A stretch of DNA of 64,000 nucleotides. Origin: Octopus sinensis. Its lineage: Eukaryota. The position numbers were made by a program, and so were the translations under genes. A model generated the notes under the pieces. The model did no database searches. It was not told where the DNA came from and saw nothing but the letters and a program-made list of their open reading frames with translations. Shown here piece after piece: positions 11,574 through 25,958 of the stretch. Each line of letters begins with the position of its first letter. Position 1 is the first letter of the stretch. Location of the stretch: NCBI RefSeq assembly GCF_006345805.1, contig NC_043002.1, positions 117,428,001 to 117,492,000 of the forward strand. The letters are read 5' to 3'.

Positions 11574-12964
11574 GGCAAGTAAAAAATAAAAATAGGAAAA
11601 ACAACAAAATTCAAAAGGATGTACACAGCGAATATATGAGATTGATGCTCAGAGAAAGTAAGATGGAAAAAAGATGGGGGTGTGACATTTCAAGCATGGT
11701 TCTTTGTCAGAAAGGAAAGCGGAAAATGACTAGAGAGAAAGAAAAGGATAGTCCGAGAAAAGCATATATATATATATATGTATGTATAATTATTTTCTTG
11801 TTAATTAATGATTCCTATTTAAGAAACTCACAAAAGCCATTTGAAGCCATTGAACGGTTTTTGTGTGTTTCTTAAATGGCTTACAAACACCTTCCATACT
11901 GCAATTGTTTTCGTTCCAGCACACGATCTCAGATCAAATCACTTGCTATGCAAGTACATCTCCGTAATGATTCCTATCAATATAAATATTCCCCCACTAC
12001 ATGTCTACTATTACATGTCTTAAAAAAGAAACAAAAATCTCATTGTTTTGGGCAAATGATTCAACTATTATGAAACCAAAGATTTTTTACTGTTGTCTCT
12101 GAAGGCAGCTGTGCACCTCCCCAACCCCCCACCCATCCCACTTTACATGACACATTCACTTGCATTCTTTTATTTATTCTGATCTCCCACCCAAAGAATA
12201 TTCATCCTAATAATTTCCATGACTTTTGTTCGGGTAAACTTCCACTTAGAAGGAAATTCCATTTATGCATGCATGCATACATTTACACCGAGAAAAGTCA
12301 TTTAACATTGTCTTTACATTTGAATGTTTATCATTAAAAAATGTTTTGAAACCTAGAATTGTTTCTTCTTTTGTTAATTTCAGTCAGTGTGCTATGACCA
12401 TGCTCAGGCACTGTCTTTGGGTGTCTTTCATTGATCCTATCAATATTAGAGCTAATTGCAAACATAGGGCAGGGTTCCATTTTAACGATGCCTGTTCATT
12501 GAAAGTAACCTTTGATAGCCTAGTATACTAGAGCAGTAAACATGTAAATGAACACACACACATACACACAAACACAACTTGCGGGCTTCTTCATAGAATC
12601 ATTCTCCCAATTTTACTCACATGACATTGATCAACCTAAGACAGTAAAAGACACTTACCCAATATACTACACAGCAGAATTGAACCCAGAAACCCATGGG
12701 TGTGAAGCAAATTTTTCAACCACAAAGCTATCCTTTATATATATTTTTATCAAAATTCTTTTGTTTAAAAGAAAAAGATCAAAGCCTTTTAATTTTTTCT
12801 TCTTTAATATGAAAATGTCCTGCGTAAGTTATCTGGCGTTAATATTGACTGGGGTTGGAAGTTTCTGGTACAAGAAAATTGAAGGGGATAAGTTCAGCTA
12901 GGAATATTATCTTTGTCACATATTCTACTGGAACTTGTAAATTATAACATGTTTCATGTACTAA

Positions 12965-14520
12965 CAAATTTTCCCAATGTGGTCCCTGGAACCTACCAGT
13001 GGTCCCCAGAGAATTCATAGCCGTAAAAAATTGAAGCCATTTCAGATCTACACAATATTGTTCGATAATAAAGACACTGTTAGTTAATAATAATTTATAT
13101 GAAGACAGAATAATAATAAGAAAACAAAATTAAATAATTATTCCATAAGAATCAATAATGTATAATATATAATCAATAATATATTACAATCAAAAATTAC
13201 ATAATTTAAATTTTATAATCACAACAGTTTCATAATAAATTCGATATTTTTAATAGATCACTACATAATGTTGTTTAATAATAAATTTGATACTTTAAAT
13301 TTATAGAAATAAAATATTTATTATTTTTATTTTTTTTAAGATCAGTTGTAAGGCAAAACTGAAGAAAAACAAAGAAGATTTTATTGTGTTTGGTTTTGTA
13401 TCTGTAGACTCAAAACCTATGTATCTTGACTGTAATGCCATCATGACAAATTATTCCATGAAGAAAGTTAAGCTGGAGCAGCACCAGAAATTAAGGCATC
13501 CATCATTTGTTGGTAAAGGTCGGGAATATTTTGAGAATAAAAAGAAAATACAGCTAATCAAACTACCTGACTTTGTAAAGAAGATAAATATTGAAAAAGT
13601 AAAGACACTCAAACCAAGTTATTTGGTTTCTGAAATTATTGCCAAGGTTGCAGTACCTCAGATTTAAGGTGAGAAACTTGTCAAGCCTGCTATGATAGCT
13701 TGTGCAAATGAGGTTCTGGGAAAAGATGCTGCATCTACTCTGAGTACAATTCCACTTTCAAATAACACAATTACAAGAAGACAGGATGAAATGTCTAATT
13801 TTGTTGAGAAGAAGATTGTGGAAATACTCCAAAAGACAAATTTTTCTATTCAGGTTGATGATAGCACAATTCATAACCAAGTCATCCTTCTGGTCTATGT
13901 CAGATTCATCCATGAAGATGATATAAGGGAAGAAATGTTATTCATTAAAAGTTTTTTTTGAAACAACTAATGGAGAAGATATATTCAATGAAGTAATGCA
14001 GTATTTTAATGATAAAAATATTCCATCGACTAATTTGATCAACACTGCATCAGATGGAGCTGCAGCCATGACTGGAAAAGTGAAAGGCTTTGTTTCTAGA
14101 ATGAAATCAGTTGCTCCTCACATTTTAAATATACGTTGCATTATCCACAGACAGCATGTGGTTGCTAAGAATATTGGAGGACACATGGAAAACGCACTCA
14201 ACACTTCCATACATACAAATAACATCGTCAAATCAAACTCTGTGAATAATAGATTTTTTATGCAATTCTGTGAAGATGAAGATTTTAAAACCCTATTGCT
14301 TTCTGAGTTTAAAAAAAATATTCTACTTGAGTGATATTTTTAAAACAGTGAATCTGCTTAACTGCAAGATAGAAAATCAGATTTGGTCACCTGTATACTG
14401 CTAGTATACATATATACTTTACTTCTCCTGTATGTGTGTATTTTTATAAGAGAAAACCATGTAATAATTGAAGTAGAAGAAAGATTAATATCATACATGA
14501 ACTTGTGTTTGTTTATGATA
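12965..14520 (+). pseudogene. hAT (Buster/Charlie, ZBED5/SCAND3-like) transposase relic
   Basis: FGFV..PMYLDC..NYSMK..KL, SYLVSEIIAK, IPLSNNTITRR, FSIQVDDST, LLVYVRF..REEMLF, SDGAAAMTG, RCIIHRQ. Stops, frameshifts and an internal deletion. Edges approximate. Confidence 0.8.
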
Positions 14521-14913
14521 GCTAAGGCGGTGATAGACACCTAGTGCGTGCATGAATGCGATGCGATCTCTGCCCAATATGCCGAAGTGAAGAATGCATT
14601 AAGTAAATGAAAAGCAAGCAATTATTAGAGAGCAATAGCCGCCTTAGCCGCGTGCATAAACGCGATGCATCCATGTGTTATGTACGCTACCGGACTCACA
14701 CTCGCGGGCGATATCGCCGCCGAGATGACGGCTTTTCGATTGATCGCACCACCTGTCGCTGGCCGCCAACTCTTTGCTCGCTCCAAACACTATTGTTCTC
14801 TACTACAAATCGCTTGCCTGCATCCAACTTTATTACTAATATAATTATCATCATCATCGTCGTCGTCATCGTCGTCGTCGTCGTCGTCATCATCATCATC
14901 ATCATCATCATCG

Positions 14914-16556
14914 ATTAACGTCCATTTTCCATGATGGCATGGGTTGGACAGTTTGACTGAAATCTTGGAGAGCCAGCTACTCCAATCTAGTCTAGCATAA
15001 TTTCTACAGCTAAATGCCTTTCCTAAGGCCAACTATTCTGAGAGTGTAGTGGGTGTTCTTTATGTCCCATCAGCACAGGAGCCAGCTAGCGGGTCACCGG
15101 CCCCCAGCTACGGTATTGGTTTTACTTGACTCAAGCATACTGCAAGCTTACGCATGTCCTCGGCATTCATGGCCCATGTTTCACTACTGTATAGCATGGC
15201 AGTTCACACACATGCATCATACAGTCCACATTTCCCCCTGAGTGAGAGGCCATTAGCTGCCAGCAGAGGTAGGAGCTCCCTGAATTTGCCCGGACTATTA
15301 TTACTCTAGTTGCTACACTCGCAGAGCAATCGCTCCCACTACATCCTTGGTCGCCTAGGTAGTAGAAAGTATTTACTACTTCTAGTTTCTTCCCCAGGCA
15401 TGTAATGGAAGCTGTTTTCTGAACACCTTCAGTGTTTATTGCCCCACTGCATCTGCCACACACAAGAAATAATTTTCCCAGTTAACCTTCCTTTGATATT
15501 GCTGCACCTGGCACGAACCGAAACTGCATCTCACCTAGACTGCCTCCCTCCCTAATTACTTGGGCTATGACCCTCTCCGTGACCTTCATTACCTGATCCA
15601 ACAACTTGATACCTCTGTAATTATTTGTATCTAATGCATCACCTTTACCTTTGTTAGCAGTTGACTATGGTGCTGCTACACCAGTCATTGGGTATGACTC
15701 CTTCATGTATCACCTGGTTGACTAGGCTATAGCCAACACCGCCAGATATTTTGAGCATCTCTGTGGTGATTCCTGATTGTCCAGGGGCTTTCCCTGTCTT
15801 CATACCCTTAATTGCTTTACCTACCAAGGCACTGTCAATTTCGATAGATAGCTGGTCCTTCTGTTGGGCCGGCATTCGGCAGACTCTCTTTCTAACATTC
15901 ATTCACTTTATTTAGTAAACTTTCATAAACCTGTCTCTTTGCAGCTTCATTTAAAGCAAATGAACCGTCACTCATGAGGACACATTTCTCTCCTAGGACA
16001 TCGCAATTCTCTCTCACACACTGTCTGGCAACAGGAAAATACTTCAAGTCTTTGGTCATCATGGAGCAGAACATTGGCAAATTTTTCCTTATCTGCTTCC
16101 CCTCTGGCCAAATAAACCTATCTCCTAGCTTCCCATTTGGCAGTCTGATACAATTCCCTGCTATCACCGGTCTTCCAGTCCTTCAAAGCCTGTTTCTTTT
16201 CCTTACTAGCCCTGTCAACAACATTGTTCCACCACCACGTTACCTTGGGTTGAGAGGAAACTTTGCACCATCCACAGATCTGGTCACTAGCCCTTAAAAG
16301 GTTGTCCTGTAGAAACCTCCAGTTGTCTTCCACAGCTTTGAGTAATACGTCTCTCAATCTCTTTTTGCAGGATCCTTAAGCTTCCAGACCCATCTCCTCC
16401 ATTCTGGTCGTCTTCTGGGCATCCATTTAGCCCTGATCCTGAAGTCGCTAACTACTAATCTATGTTGTGGGGTACATTCTTCACCTGGGAAGGTTTGGGC
16501 ATTTACAAGTAGTCGTCTTTCCTGTTTCCTAGTGAGGATGTAGTCAATTTGACTAG
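14914..16556 (-). mobile_element. RTE-clade LINE, 5'-truncated, internally deleted
   Basis: SQIDYIL..PGEECTPQHRLVVSD (APE C-terminus), KAIKGMKTGKAPGQSGITTEMLK..IPNDWCSSTIV (RT start), LEVVNTFYYLGD. (GAT)n tail at ~14850-14912. Confidence 0.8.
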
Positions 16557-17408
16557 ATGAATAAATGGCCCTGAATATGCTAATTGATTACCATTTAGTA
16601 ATTATGATACTTCTACAATTGAAGATAATTTTAATAAATAATGAATTTATGTATTGTGGCATTTGATACTTGTCAATTGTCTACATTGTTCACATAAATG
16701 CCAATACCAGGCAGAGGTGGTTTCCTCTGCAGCCATCCACACATTTTATTCAAGATCAACTACGTCAATCTTACCAGTTTTGAAGGCACAGCTCTTGCCT
16801 TTTGTCTCAGAAAGAATGCAAAAGGCAAGGATACAGCCCCCTTTATCCAGCCAAATTGTTCAAATAAAACATGAAAAAATAAAAAACCCAAACACCCACA
16901 ACTATTCCTGTGAATTGGTAAGCCCACATCATCATCTTTAACAAGTCTCACAGCTAGAACCTTTTACTAAGTACTTTATCCAATCATTTATCTCCAGAAT
17001 GGCAGCTTCTACATGGAATCACATTCTCATCAGACGTTAATTTACACAAGTTGAAAAAAGACATCACCTACATTCACATTAACAGTTTAGGAAAGCCTGC
17101 AGATGTTCTCTTGCCCGCACTTAAATATTAATACAGATAAGAATTTCTAACAAAGGTAGATAGCCAATAATTTTATACGAGGAAATAATGTCAACTATAT
17201 TGACCACTACTTATCTATTGTTTTATTTACTACTAACACAGAAACAGAGAAATGTGAAGTGTGTTGACAATGCTAACTAACCCTTTCAGGACTTAAATTC
17301 TGATAGGTAAACTGTTTCATTAAATCTCTAGTGCCAGTTTAGCAGACAGAAAACGTGGCCATTTACAATTAAGTATGCTATCTGATGCCAATTCTTGAGC
17401 ATAGCTCT

Positions 17409-20217
17409 AACCCTAACATAAACCATAACAAGGTATGCACAAACGAATTTTACGTAACCCTAACAGAAACCAAAACAAGGTATGCACAAACGAATTTTAC
17501 GTAAACCTAACAGAAACCAAAACAAGGTATGCACAAACGAATTTTACGTAACCCTAACAGAAACCATAACAATGTATGCACAAACGAATTTTACGTAACC
17601 CTAACACAAACCAAAACAAGGTATGCACAAACGAATTTTACGTAACCCTAACAGAAACCATAACAAGGTATGCACAAACGAATTTTACGTAACCCTAACA
17701 GAAACCATAACAAGGTATACAGAAACGAATTTTACGTAACCCTACAGAACCATAACAAGGTATGCACAAACGAATTTTACGTAACCCTAACAGAAACCAT
17801 AACAAGGTATGCACAACGAATTTTACGTAACCCTAACAGAAACCAAAACAAGGTATGCACAAACGAATTTTACGTAACCCTAACAGAAACCATAACAAGG
17901 TATGCACAAACGATTTTACGTAACCCTAACAGAAACCAAAACAAGGTATGCACAAACGAATTTTACGTAACCCTAACAGAAACCATAAGAAGGTATGCAC
18001 AAACCAATTTTACGTAACCCTAACATAAACCATAACAAGGTATGCACAAACGAATTTTACGTAAACCTAACAGAAACCAAAACAAGGTATGCACAAACGA
18101 ATTTTACGTAACCCTAACAGAAACCATAACAATGTATGCACAAACGAATTTTACGTAACCCTAACACAAACCAAAACAAGGTATGCACAAACGAATTTTA
18201 CGTAACCCTAAAAGAAACCATAACAAGGTATGCACAAACGAATTTTACGTAACCCTAACAGAAACCATAACAAGGTATGCAGAAACGAATTTTACGTAAC
18301 CCTACAGAAACCATAACAAGGTATGCACAAACGAATTTTACGTAACCCTAACAGAAACCATAACAAGGTATGCACAAACGAATTTTACGTAACCCTAACA
18401 GAAACCAAAACAAGGTATGCACAAACGAATTTTACGTAACCCTAACAGAAACCATAACAAGGTATGCACAAACGAATTTTACGTAACCCTAACAGAAACC
18501 AAAACAAGGTATGCACAAACGAATTTTACGTAACCCTAACAGAAACCATAACAAGGTATGCACAAACGAATTTTACGTAACCCTAACAGAAACCAAAACA
18601 AGGTATGCACAAACGAATTTTACGTAACCCTAACAGAAACCATAACAAGGTATGCACAAACGAATTTTACGTAACCCTAACAGAAACCAAAACAAGGTAT
18701 GCACAAACGAATTTTACGTAACCCTAACAGAAACCATAAGAAGGTATGCACAAACCAATTTTACGTAACCCTAACAGAAACCATAACAAGGTATGCACAA
18801 ACGAATTTTACGTAAACCTAACAGAAACCAAAACAAGGTATGCACAAACGAATTTTACGTAACCCTAACAGAAACCATAACAATGTATGCACAAACGAAT
18901 TTTACGTAACCCTAACACAAACCAAAACAAGGTATGCACAAACGAATTTTACGTAACCCTAACAGAAACCATAACAAGGTATGCACAAACGAATTTTACG
19001 TAACCCTAACAGAAACCAAAACAAGGTATGCACAAACGAATTTTACGTAACCCTAACAGAAACCATAACAAGGTATGCACAAACGAATTTTACGTAACCC
19101 TAACAGAAACCAAAACAAGGTATGCACAAACGAATTTTACGTAACCCTAACAGAAACCATAACAATGTATGCACAAACGAATTTTACGTAACCCTAACAG
19201 AAACCAAAACAAGGTATGCACAAACGAATTTTACGTAACCCTAACTAACAGAAACCATAAGAAGGTATGCACAACCAATTTTACGTAACCCTAACAGAAA
19301 CCAAAACAATGTATGCACAAACGAATTTTACGTAACCCTAACAGAAACCAAAACAAGGTATGCACAAACGAATTTTACGTAACCCTAACAGAAACCATAA
19401 CAAGGTATGCACAAACGAATTTTACGTAACCCTAACATAAACCATAACAAGGTATGCACAAACGAATTTTACGTAACCCTAACAGAAACCAAAACAAGGT
19501 ATGCACAAACGAATTTTACGTAACCCTAACAGAAACCAAAACAAGGTATGCACAAACGAATTTTACGTAACCCTAACATAAACCATAACAAGGTATGCAC
19601 AAACGAATTTTACGTAACCCTAACAGAAACCAAAACAAGGTATGCACAAACGAATTTTACGTAACCCTAACATAAACCATAACAAGGTATGCACAAACGA
19701 ATTTTACGTAACCCTAACAGAAACCATAACAAGGTATGCACAAACGAATTTTACGTAACCCTAACAGAAACCATAACAAGGTATGCACAAACGAATTTTA
19801 CGTAACCCTAACAGAAACCATAACAAGGTATGCACAAACGAATTTTACGTAACCCTAACATAAACCATAACAAGGTATGCACAAACGAATTTTACGTAAC
19901 CCTAACATAAACCAAAACAAGGTATGCACAAACGAATTTTACGTAACCCTAACATAAACCATAACAAGGTATGCACAAACGAATTTTACGTAACCCTAAC
20001 ATAAACCATAACAAGGTATGCACAAACGAATTTTACGTAACCCTAACAGAAACCATAACAAGGTATGCACAAACGAATTTTACGTAAGCCTAACATAAAC
20101 CATAACAAGGTATGCACAAACGAATTTTACGTAACCCTAACAGAAACCATAACAAGGTATGCACAAACGAATTTTACGTAACCCTAACAGAAACCATAAC
20201 AAGGTATGCACAAACGT
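17409..20217 (+). repeat. Tandem array of a 47-bp monomer, ~60 copies
   Basis: Unit aaccctaacagaaacca(t/a)aacaaggtatgcacaaacgaattttacgt; first period 17409 to 17456. No unique spacers. Confidence 0.97.
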
Positions 20218-20219
20218 AA

Positions 20220-23200
20220 ACACAAATAAAACGAATAATAAAACGATTAAGTTTAAATTTCAAACAATGGAGAATAATTTAAACACTGAAAAAAAATCAA
20301 CATAGTTTGATGGATGAAAATAAATTAGAAGATCGAATTATTCTTTTCATCGAAAACCTTGAAAGGCTCAATCGTTCGTAAGTTATTATATTTCAACCGA
20401 ATAAGAAACCAAGTATTTTTTATAAATGAATCAGCCGCTTAGGAAATGCCCCTTGCTTAATTCAAATGAAAAATATAGAAATTTTGTTATAATGATTTGA
20501 CTGAAAATCACAAGAATTGGTGTCTGACTGACTTTGAGATTTTATGGTTCAATTGCTACTATTCGTTATTCTCGTTGCTGTTATGCCGAAAAGAAAAAGA
20601 ACAGTTTTGACATTAACAAAGATGCAGCTCCAAAATAAACGGCGGCTTAGAGCTGAATCTTCCTTTCAAAGACAGTCGCAGATTGCAGGGTGCTCTGCTG
20701 AAGTAGGGGCTGTGGCCATCGATGAGGGTTGTTTGAATAAAACAGATAGTAACAACGATTTCAATGCTCTTGCACATGCATTTGAAAGTTCTACCGATGT
20801 TTTACTTTCAGACATCGGTAATACTCGTTCCTGTTCACGTGCGTGTAGTGTTGTGAGGGAACAAGAACATAAACAAAGGCTTGCAAAGAAAGCGAAGGCC
20901 AAAGCTGCTGCTCGAGCTGCTGAGAGTGAAGTTGCGCGCTCACTTCGACAAAGGAAAGATGCTGTGTCCAAAGCGGCTGCTCGGGCTTCAGAAAGTGAAA
21001 TGCAGCGTTGTAATCGACTAAGAAGAAAAGCTACAGTCAACGCAAATGCAAGAGCTTCAGAAAATGATGCCCAGCGTCAGCTTCGACTGAATAGAAACGC
21101 TAAAGCAACTGCAAATGCAAGAGCTTCAGAGACGACAGATGAGCGCCTCAATAGACTGGGAGAAGTTATTCAATATAAAAGCAGAATACAGGGTATAAAT
21201 AGGGCATCTAAAACAAGATGGTCAATGTTATTACCCAAACAACAATTTTGCCTCGCATAAGGATTTTCAAATAGGCTCAATAAATAAAATATGTAGGTTT
21301 TGCAAAGCAAAAAAATGGTGTGGGGAGCCAATAGGAATATGTTGCTCTAATGGTAAGGTAAATTTACCAGCTCTCCGCGATCCACCCCAGCCTTTAAGAC
21401 TTCTTCTTCGCTATCAAGGAGCTTTCTTAAGGATATCCGATATTATAATTGCGCTTTTCAAATGACATCTTTCCGATCGGATTATCAACCAAAGGGCGTA
21501 TTTATGCCCACGATGAAAGTCCAGGACCAGGTTTACCATCTTTATTGGACCGTTGCAGCCTGATGCCAACAAACAGCCTCAATGTCTCCAGGTCTATTTC
21601 ATGCCAGATGTTTTGCAGCAAGCTTCAAGGCGAAATTCTTGTGCCTTTCGAAATGAAGGTCAACAAAGCTCCTCTGCAGACAACCAGCGACCGAAAGAGT
21701 ACACAATAAAAGTAGAGGAGAGACTTGGACTCATTCTCGAACTTCAAGATATGCTACATAATAATAACAGCTACGTTCACAGCTTTCAATATGCATTAGA
21801 AGTAGCTCCTGCAGACAACTTCTATGTTGTCATTGATGCTGATCAGCGGCCGTCTGGAGAACATGCAGGACGCTACAACTCTCCTTCTGTTAATGAGGGT
21901 GCGATTATTCTAGCAGGTGACCCGCACGGCACACGTGACATTGTCCTCTCGCATCGTAAACAAGGTGTAAAGACTATATGTGATACACATAGGTCGTATG
22001 ATGCACTTCAGTATCCCTTGCTTTTTGTTGATGGTGAAGACGGATACCATTTCGATATTCAACAACGTAATCGTACTAATCCAGAGGTTCTTTCATCCAA
22101 AACAGTTTCATGTAACGCTTTCTATTCATTTCGATTCATGTATATAGATAACTGTTTTAGTCATCTCCATCGTTCTCAAGACCTCTTCAACCAATATGCG
22201 ACTGACATGCGTGCAAAAATGGAATCAGAAAGATTGTTATTCATTAAAAATATCCAGACTAAACTGCGATGTGAAAGTTACATACACCTACGTGATGGTA
22301 TGAACAATGACGTGGATCCTGAAAGTCTGGGTACAGTTAAAATTCTACCATCCACCTTTACTGGAGGCCCTCGTTATATGCACGAGAGGGCTCAGGATGC
22401 AATGACATATGTTCGGAAATTCGGTAGGCCCGAGTCATTCATAACCTTCACTTGCAATCCTAAGTGGAAGGAAATTGAGGACGAACTTCTTCTTGGTCAG
22501 ACAGTCACACGCCGTTATGATCTCTCAGCGAGGGTATTTCATCTTAAGTTACTTAAGCTCATGGATCTTATCAAATTAGGTGAGGTCTTTGGTCCCGTTA
22601 TAGCTGACGTGTATACAATTGAATGGCAAAAAAGAGGGCTTCCTCATGCTCATATTCTCATCTGGTTGGCAACGAAGGTAAATTCAAACGATATTGACAG
22701 CATAATCTCGGCAGAGTTCCCTGATCCTTCAATCGATAAGGACTTGTACATGAAAGTTAAGGCACATATGGTGCACGGTCCGTGTGGGCCTGGTTTAAGA
22801 ACTGATTTACCGTGCGTTTCAGGCAATAAGAGATGTACCAAAAAATTTCCACGCCCTTTCGTCCGTGAAACTCAGACTGACACTGACGGCTACCCTTTGT
22901 ACAGACGTAGGCGCCCTGAAGATGAAGGTTTTACGGCCATTGTTAATGGTTACGAGGCTGACAACGGATGGGTTATTCCATATTGTCCAATTTTTGTTGA
23001 GCGTTTTCGATGCACATATCAATGTTGAATTTTGTAGTTCTGTTAGGTGCATCCAATATATATGTAAGTACATAACTAAGGGCTCCGACGCAGCTTCATT
23101 TACTCTACGTGGCGGGGACAGTAGAGACGAAGTGACGCAATATCAAGTTGGGCGCTACATAAGTAGTAGCGAGGCCTTTTGGCGATTCTTTGGCTTCCCT

Positions 23201-25802
23201 ATTCATGAAAGGCATCCTGCGATCATACACTTAGCCGTTCACCTCGAAAATGGTCAGAGGATGTATTACACTCGTGAGAATGCTTCCTTATTAGCAGAAA
23301 CCCCTCGAGAGACAACGTTAACAGGGTTCTTCAAATTGTGTCAGAAAGATGATTTCGCAAAGACATTGTTTTACAATCAAGTTCCGTCATACTATACATG
23401 GGATAACAAAGAATGGAGTCGTCGAAAAAATGGCCAACCATTAGATTGTCAATCGGATATCAAGTTCAGTTCTTCTTTGGGCAGAGTGTACACGGTTCCT
23501 CCAAATCAACATGAATGCTTTTATCTACGCATGTTACTTCATGAGGTAACAGGACCCACTTCATTTGAAGACCTAAAAACTATCGACAATCATGTCTATC
23601 CTACATTCAGAGAAGCCTGTCTGGCGCGTGGTATGCTAGAAGACGACTTACGATGGGACGCAACTTTGGCGGAGATTGCTTCATCACATTCAGCTGGAAC
23701 TGCGCGAGAACCGTTCGCAAAACTTCTTATACATTGCAGCATAAGTGATCCGAACACGCTATGGCTGAAGTTTCGCAACCAATTGACAGAAGATTTCTTG
23801 TATCAGGCTCAGCAACAACTTCCTCATTTAGAAGTCGTCTTTACTGATGAAATTTACAATCAGGCACTCATTGACATAGAAAATTGGCTTTTACTTATGG
23901 GTGGCGCTGTTTTACCATCATACGGACTTCCACAAACTCATCAGACTGACTCTGAAGGTATTCCAACCTTCATCATCCAGGGAACCTCTTATGATATCGA
24001 TGCCCTATCAAAACAGGTTCTTGAAATGGAACCAAAATTACTTGCAGATCAATTGTCAGCGTACAACACAGTTGTTAACAACGTTTTCAGTCAATGTGGT
24101 GCATTTTTTTTACCTTGATGCTCCCGGAGGTACCGGCAAAACATTTGTCACTAAATTACTTTTGGCAAAAGTTCGACAAAATAAACTTATTGCAATAGCT
24201 GTAGCTTCATCAGGTATTGCTGCAACCCTTCTTCCTGGTGGCAGGACAGCACATTCAACGTTTAAGCTTCCCCTTAATTTAACCTCCAGTGAAACTCCTA
24301 CTTGTGACATTAAGAAGGGCAGTCAGCGGGCAGATCTACTCAGAAGGTGTAGACTCATCGTTTGGGATGAATGCACAATGGCCCACAAAGGAGCTATTGA
24401 GGCCCTCGATAGGACACTACAAGACGTAAGAGAATGTCCACAAAGTATGGGGGGCCTAACAATATTGTTTTCTGGGGACTTTCGACAAACTTTGCCAGTA
24501 ATTCCAAAGAGCACAAGAGCGGATCAGGTTCGGGCATGCTTGAAATCTTCTTCATTGTGGTCACAAGTAACAACACTCATATTAACCACAATCATGCGTG
24601 TTCGATTACATGGAGACATTGAACATGAAAAGTTCGCTGAGGATCTTCTTCTTTTGGGTGACGGTAGAGTACCAAAAGACCAACACGACCAAATTTCAAT
24701 TCAGCATTTGTGTTCCCTGGTTGGTAGTATCGATGATCTTAAATCGGCCGTTTTTCCACAATTGCCTGAGAATTTACTCAGTCATGCTTGGCTTTGTGAA
24801 AGAGCTAACTTAGCACCTACAAATGTGACCGTCTCTGCAATCAATCGACAATTGCTTGAAACACTTCCGGGAAATTCTATGGTTTTTAAATCAATTGATT
24901 CGAACGTTGACCCCTTCTTAATTCATTGGATCCTCCTGGTTTTCCTCCACACATGTTGTACCTCAAAGCAGGATGTCTTATCATACTTCTCAGAAATATA
25001 ACTCCTCCTAAACTTTGCAATGGTACTCGCCTTGTTGTGAATAGAATGTCAAATCATGCAACAATCATGTCTGGTCGTGGAAAAGAGAGGAAGTTGTTAT
25101 ACCAAGGGTAACTCTTTCGACCTCGGGCGCTGATACAACCGTACTCTTTCAAAAAGACGCAATTTCCACTCTGTCTAGCTGTTGCAATGTCAATTAATAA
25201 GTCTCAGGGTCAGACGTTAAACGTTGCAGGACTGCATCTTGGAGATCATTGTTTTTCCCACGGCCAACTATATGTTGGATGTTCCCAAGTCGGCAGTAAA
25301 AACATTTGCTCCAAACAGGACAACAAAAAACATCGTGCATGCAGAGGTTTTGTAGATGATGTGGTTTCAAGTTCAAATCAAATGCAACCTTTCAAATCAG
25401 ACAATTCAATCAATTGGATTCTGCGCCTTCACAAGATGCAATACAATTCTTCATTACGACGTCGGTCATATAATTATTGGTTTAATTATTCATCTGGATG
25501 TTTTGTTCTACAAAACTAAATATAAAAAATGGACCGTCAATATCTTCTTTTTTCTGGGAAACATTTACATCTTTTTGACAAACATTTACATCATTACTTT
25601 GTTATGTGTTTTGACCCTAAGTTTTCATAAGTTCTGCTGTTTTCTTCAAATTTATAAAAATATGCGTTGTTGCGGACAATATCTTTGTTTTGATTTTTCC
25701 AAAAGTATGGATAAAATGGAATGCAATTTCGTCAAAATTAACGCTTAAACAAGTTATTCATCAAATTTCTATCCACCCGAGCAAAGCCGGGTCAATCTGC
25801 TA

Positions 25803-25803
<1 letters not shown>
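20220..25803 (+). mobile_element. Near-complete autonomous-type Helitron (5' end not located, possibly upstream of the 47-bp array)
   Basis: RepHel coding segments 20544-~25330. 3' hairpin acccgagcaaagccgggt (25775-25792) and CTAG (25800-25803)|T into (TA)n. Confidence 0.92.
20544..25330 (+). pseudogene. Helitron RepHel (Zn finger, HUH Rep, PIF1 SF1B helicase), split by several frameshifts
   Basis: N-terminal ARASE..R..RL repeats; CRFCKAKKWCGEPIGICCSNGKV (~21293-21360); Rep motifs FITFTCNPKW, YTIEWQKRGLPHAHILIW, YICKYITKG; helicase DAPGGTGKT, LIVWDECTM, GDFRQTLPV, MSINKSQGQT, FSHGQLYV. Confidence 0.93.
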
Positions 25804-25837
<34 letters not shown>

Positions 25838-25868
25838 CAAGAAAAAAAGCAACAAAAATGGATCAATA

Positions 25869-25958
25869 TTTCGGTACAATTGTTTCGTACGAAGACCAGC
25901 TTTATTAAGGCTGCAAATATTGCAGCAAATACACGTGACCCGTACTCATCAGCCGAAA
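25869..25958 (-). ncRNA. Type I hammerhead ribozyme (left arm)
   Basis: Reverse complement of the motif at 26902-26991. Confidence 0.85.

Noticed and set aside
13386-14334. Domesticated ZBED/SCAND-type host gene
   Set aside because: Multiple stops, frameshifts and an internal deletion.
17409-20217. CRISPR array or true telomere
   Set aside because: Monomers are contiguous with no unique spacers and no cas genes. There is only one TAACCCTAA per 47 bp, not tandem TTAGGG.
20666-21040. 124-aa minus-strand ORF
   Set aside because: Antisense shadow of the Helitron N-terminal repeats.
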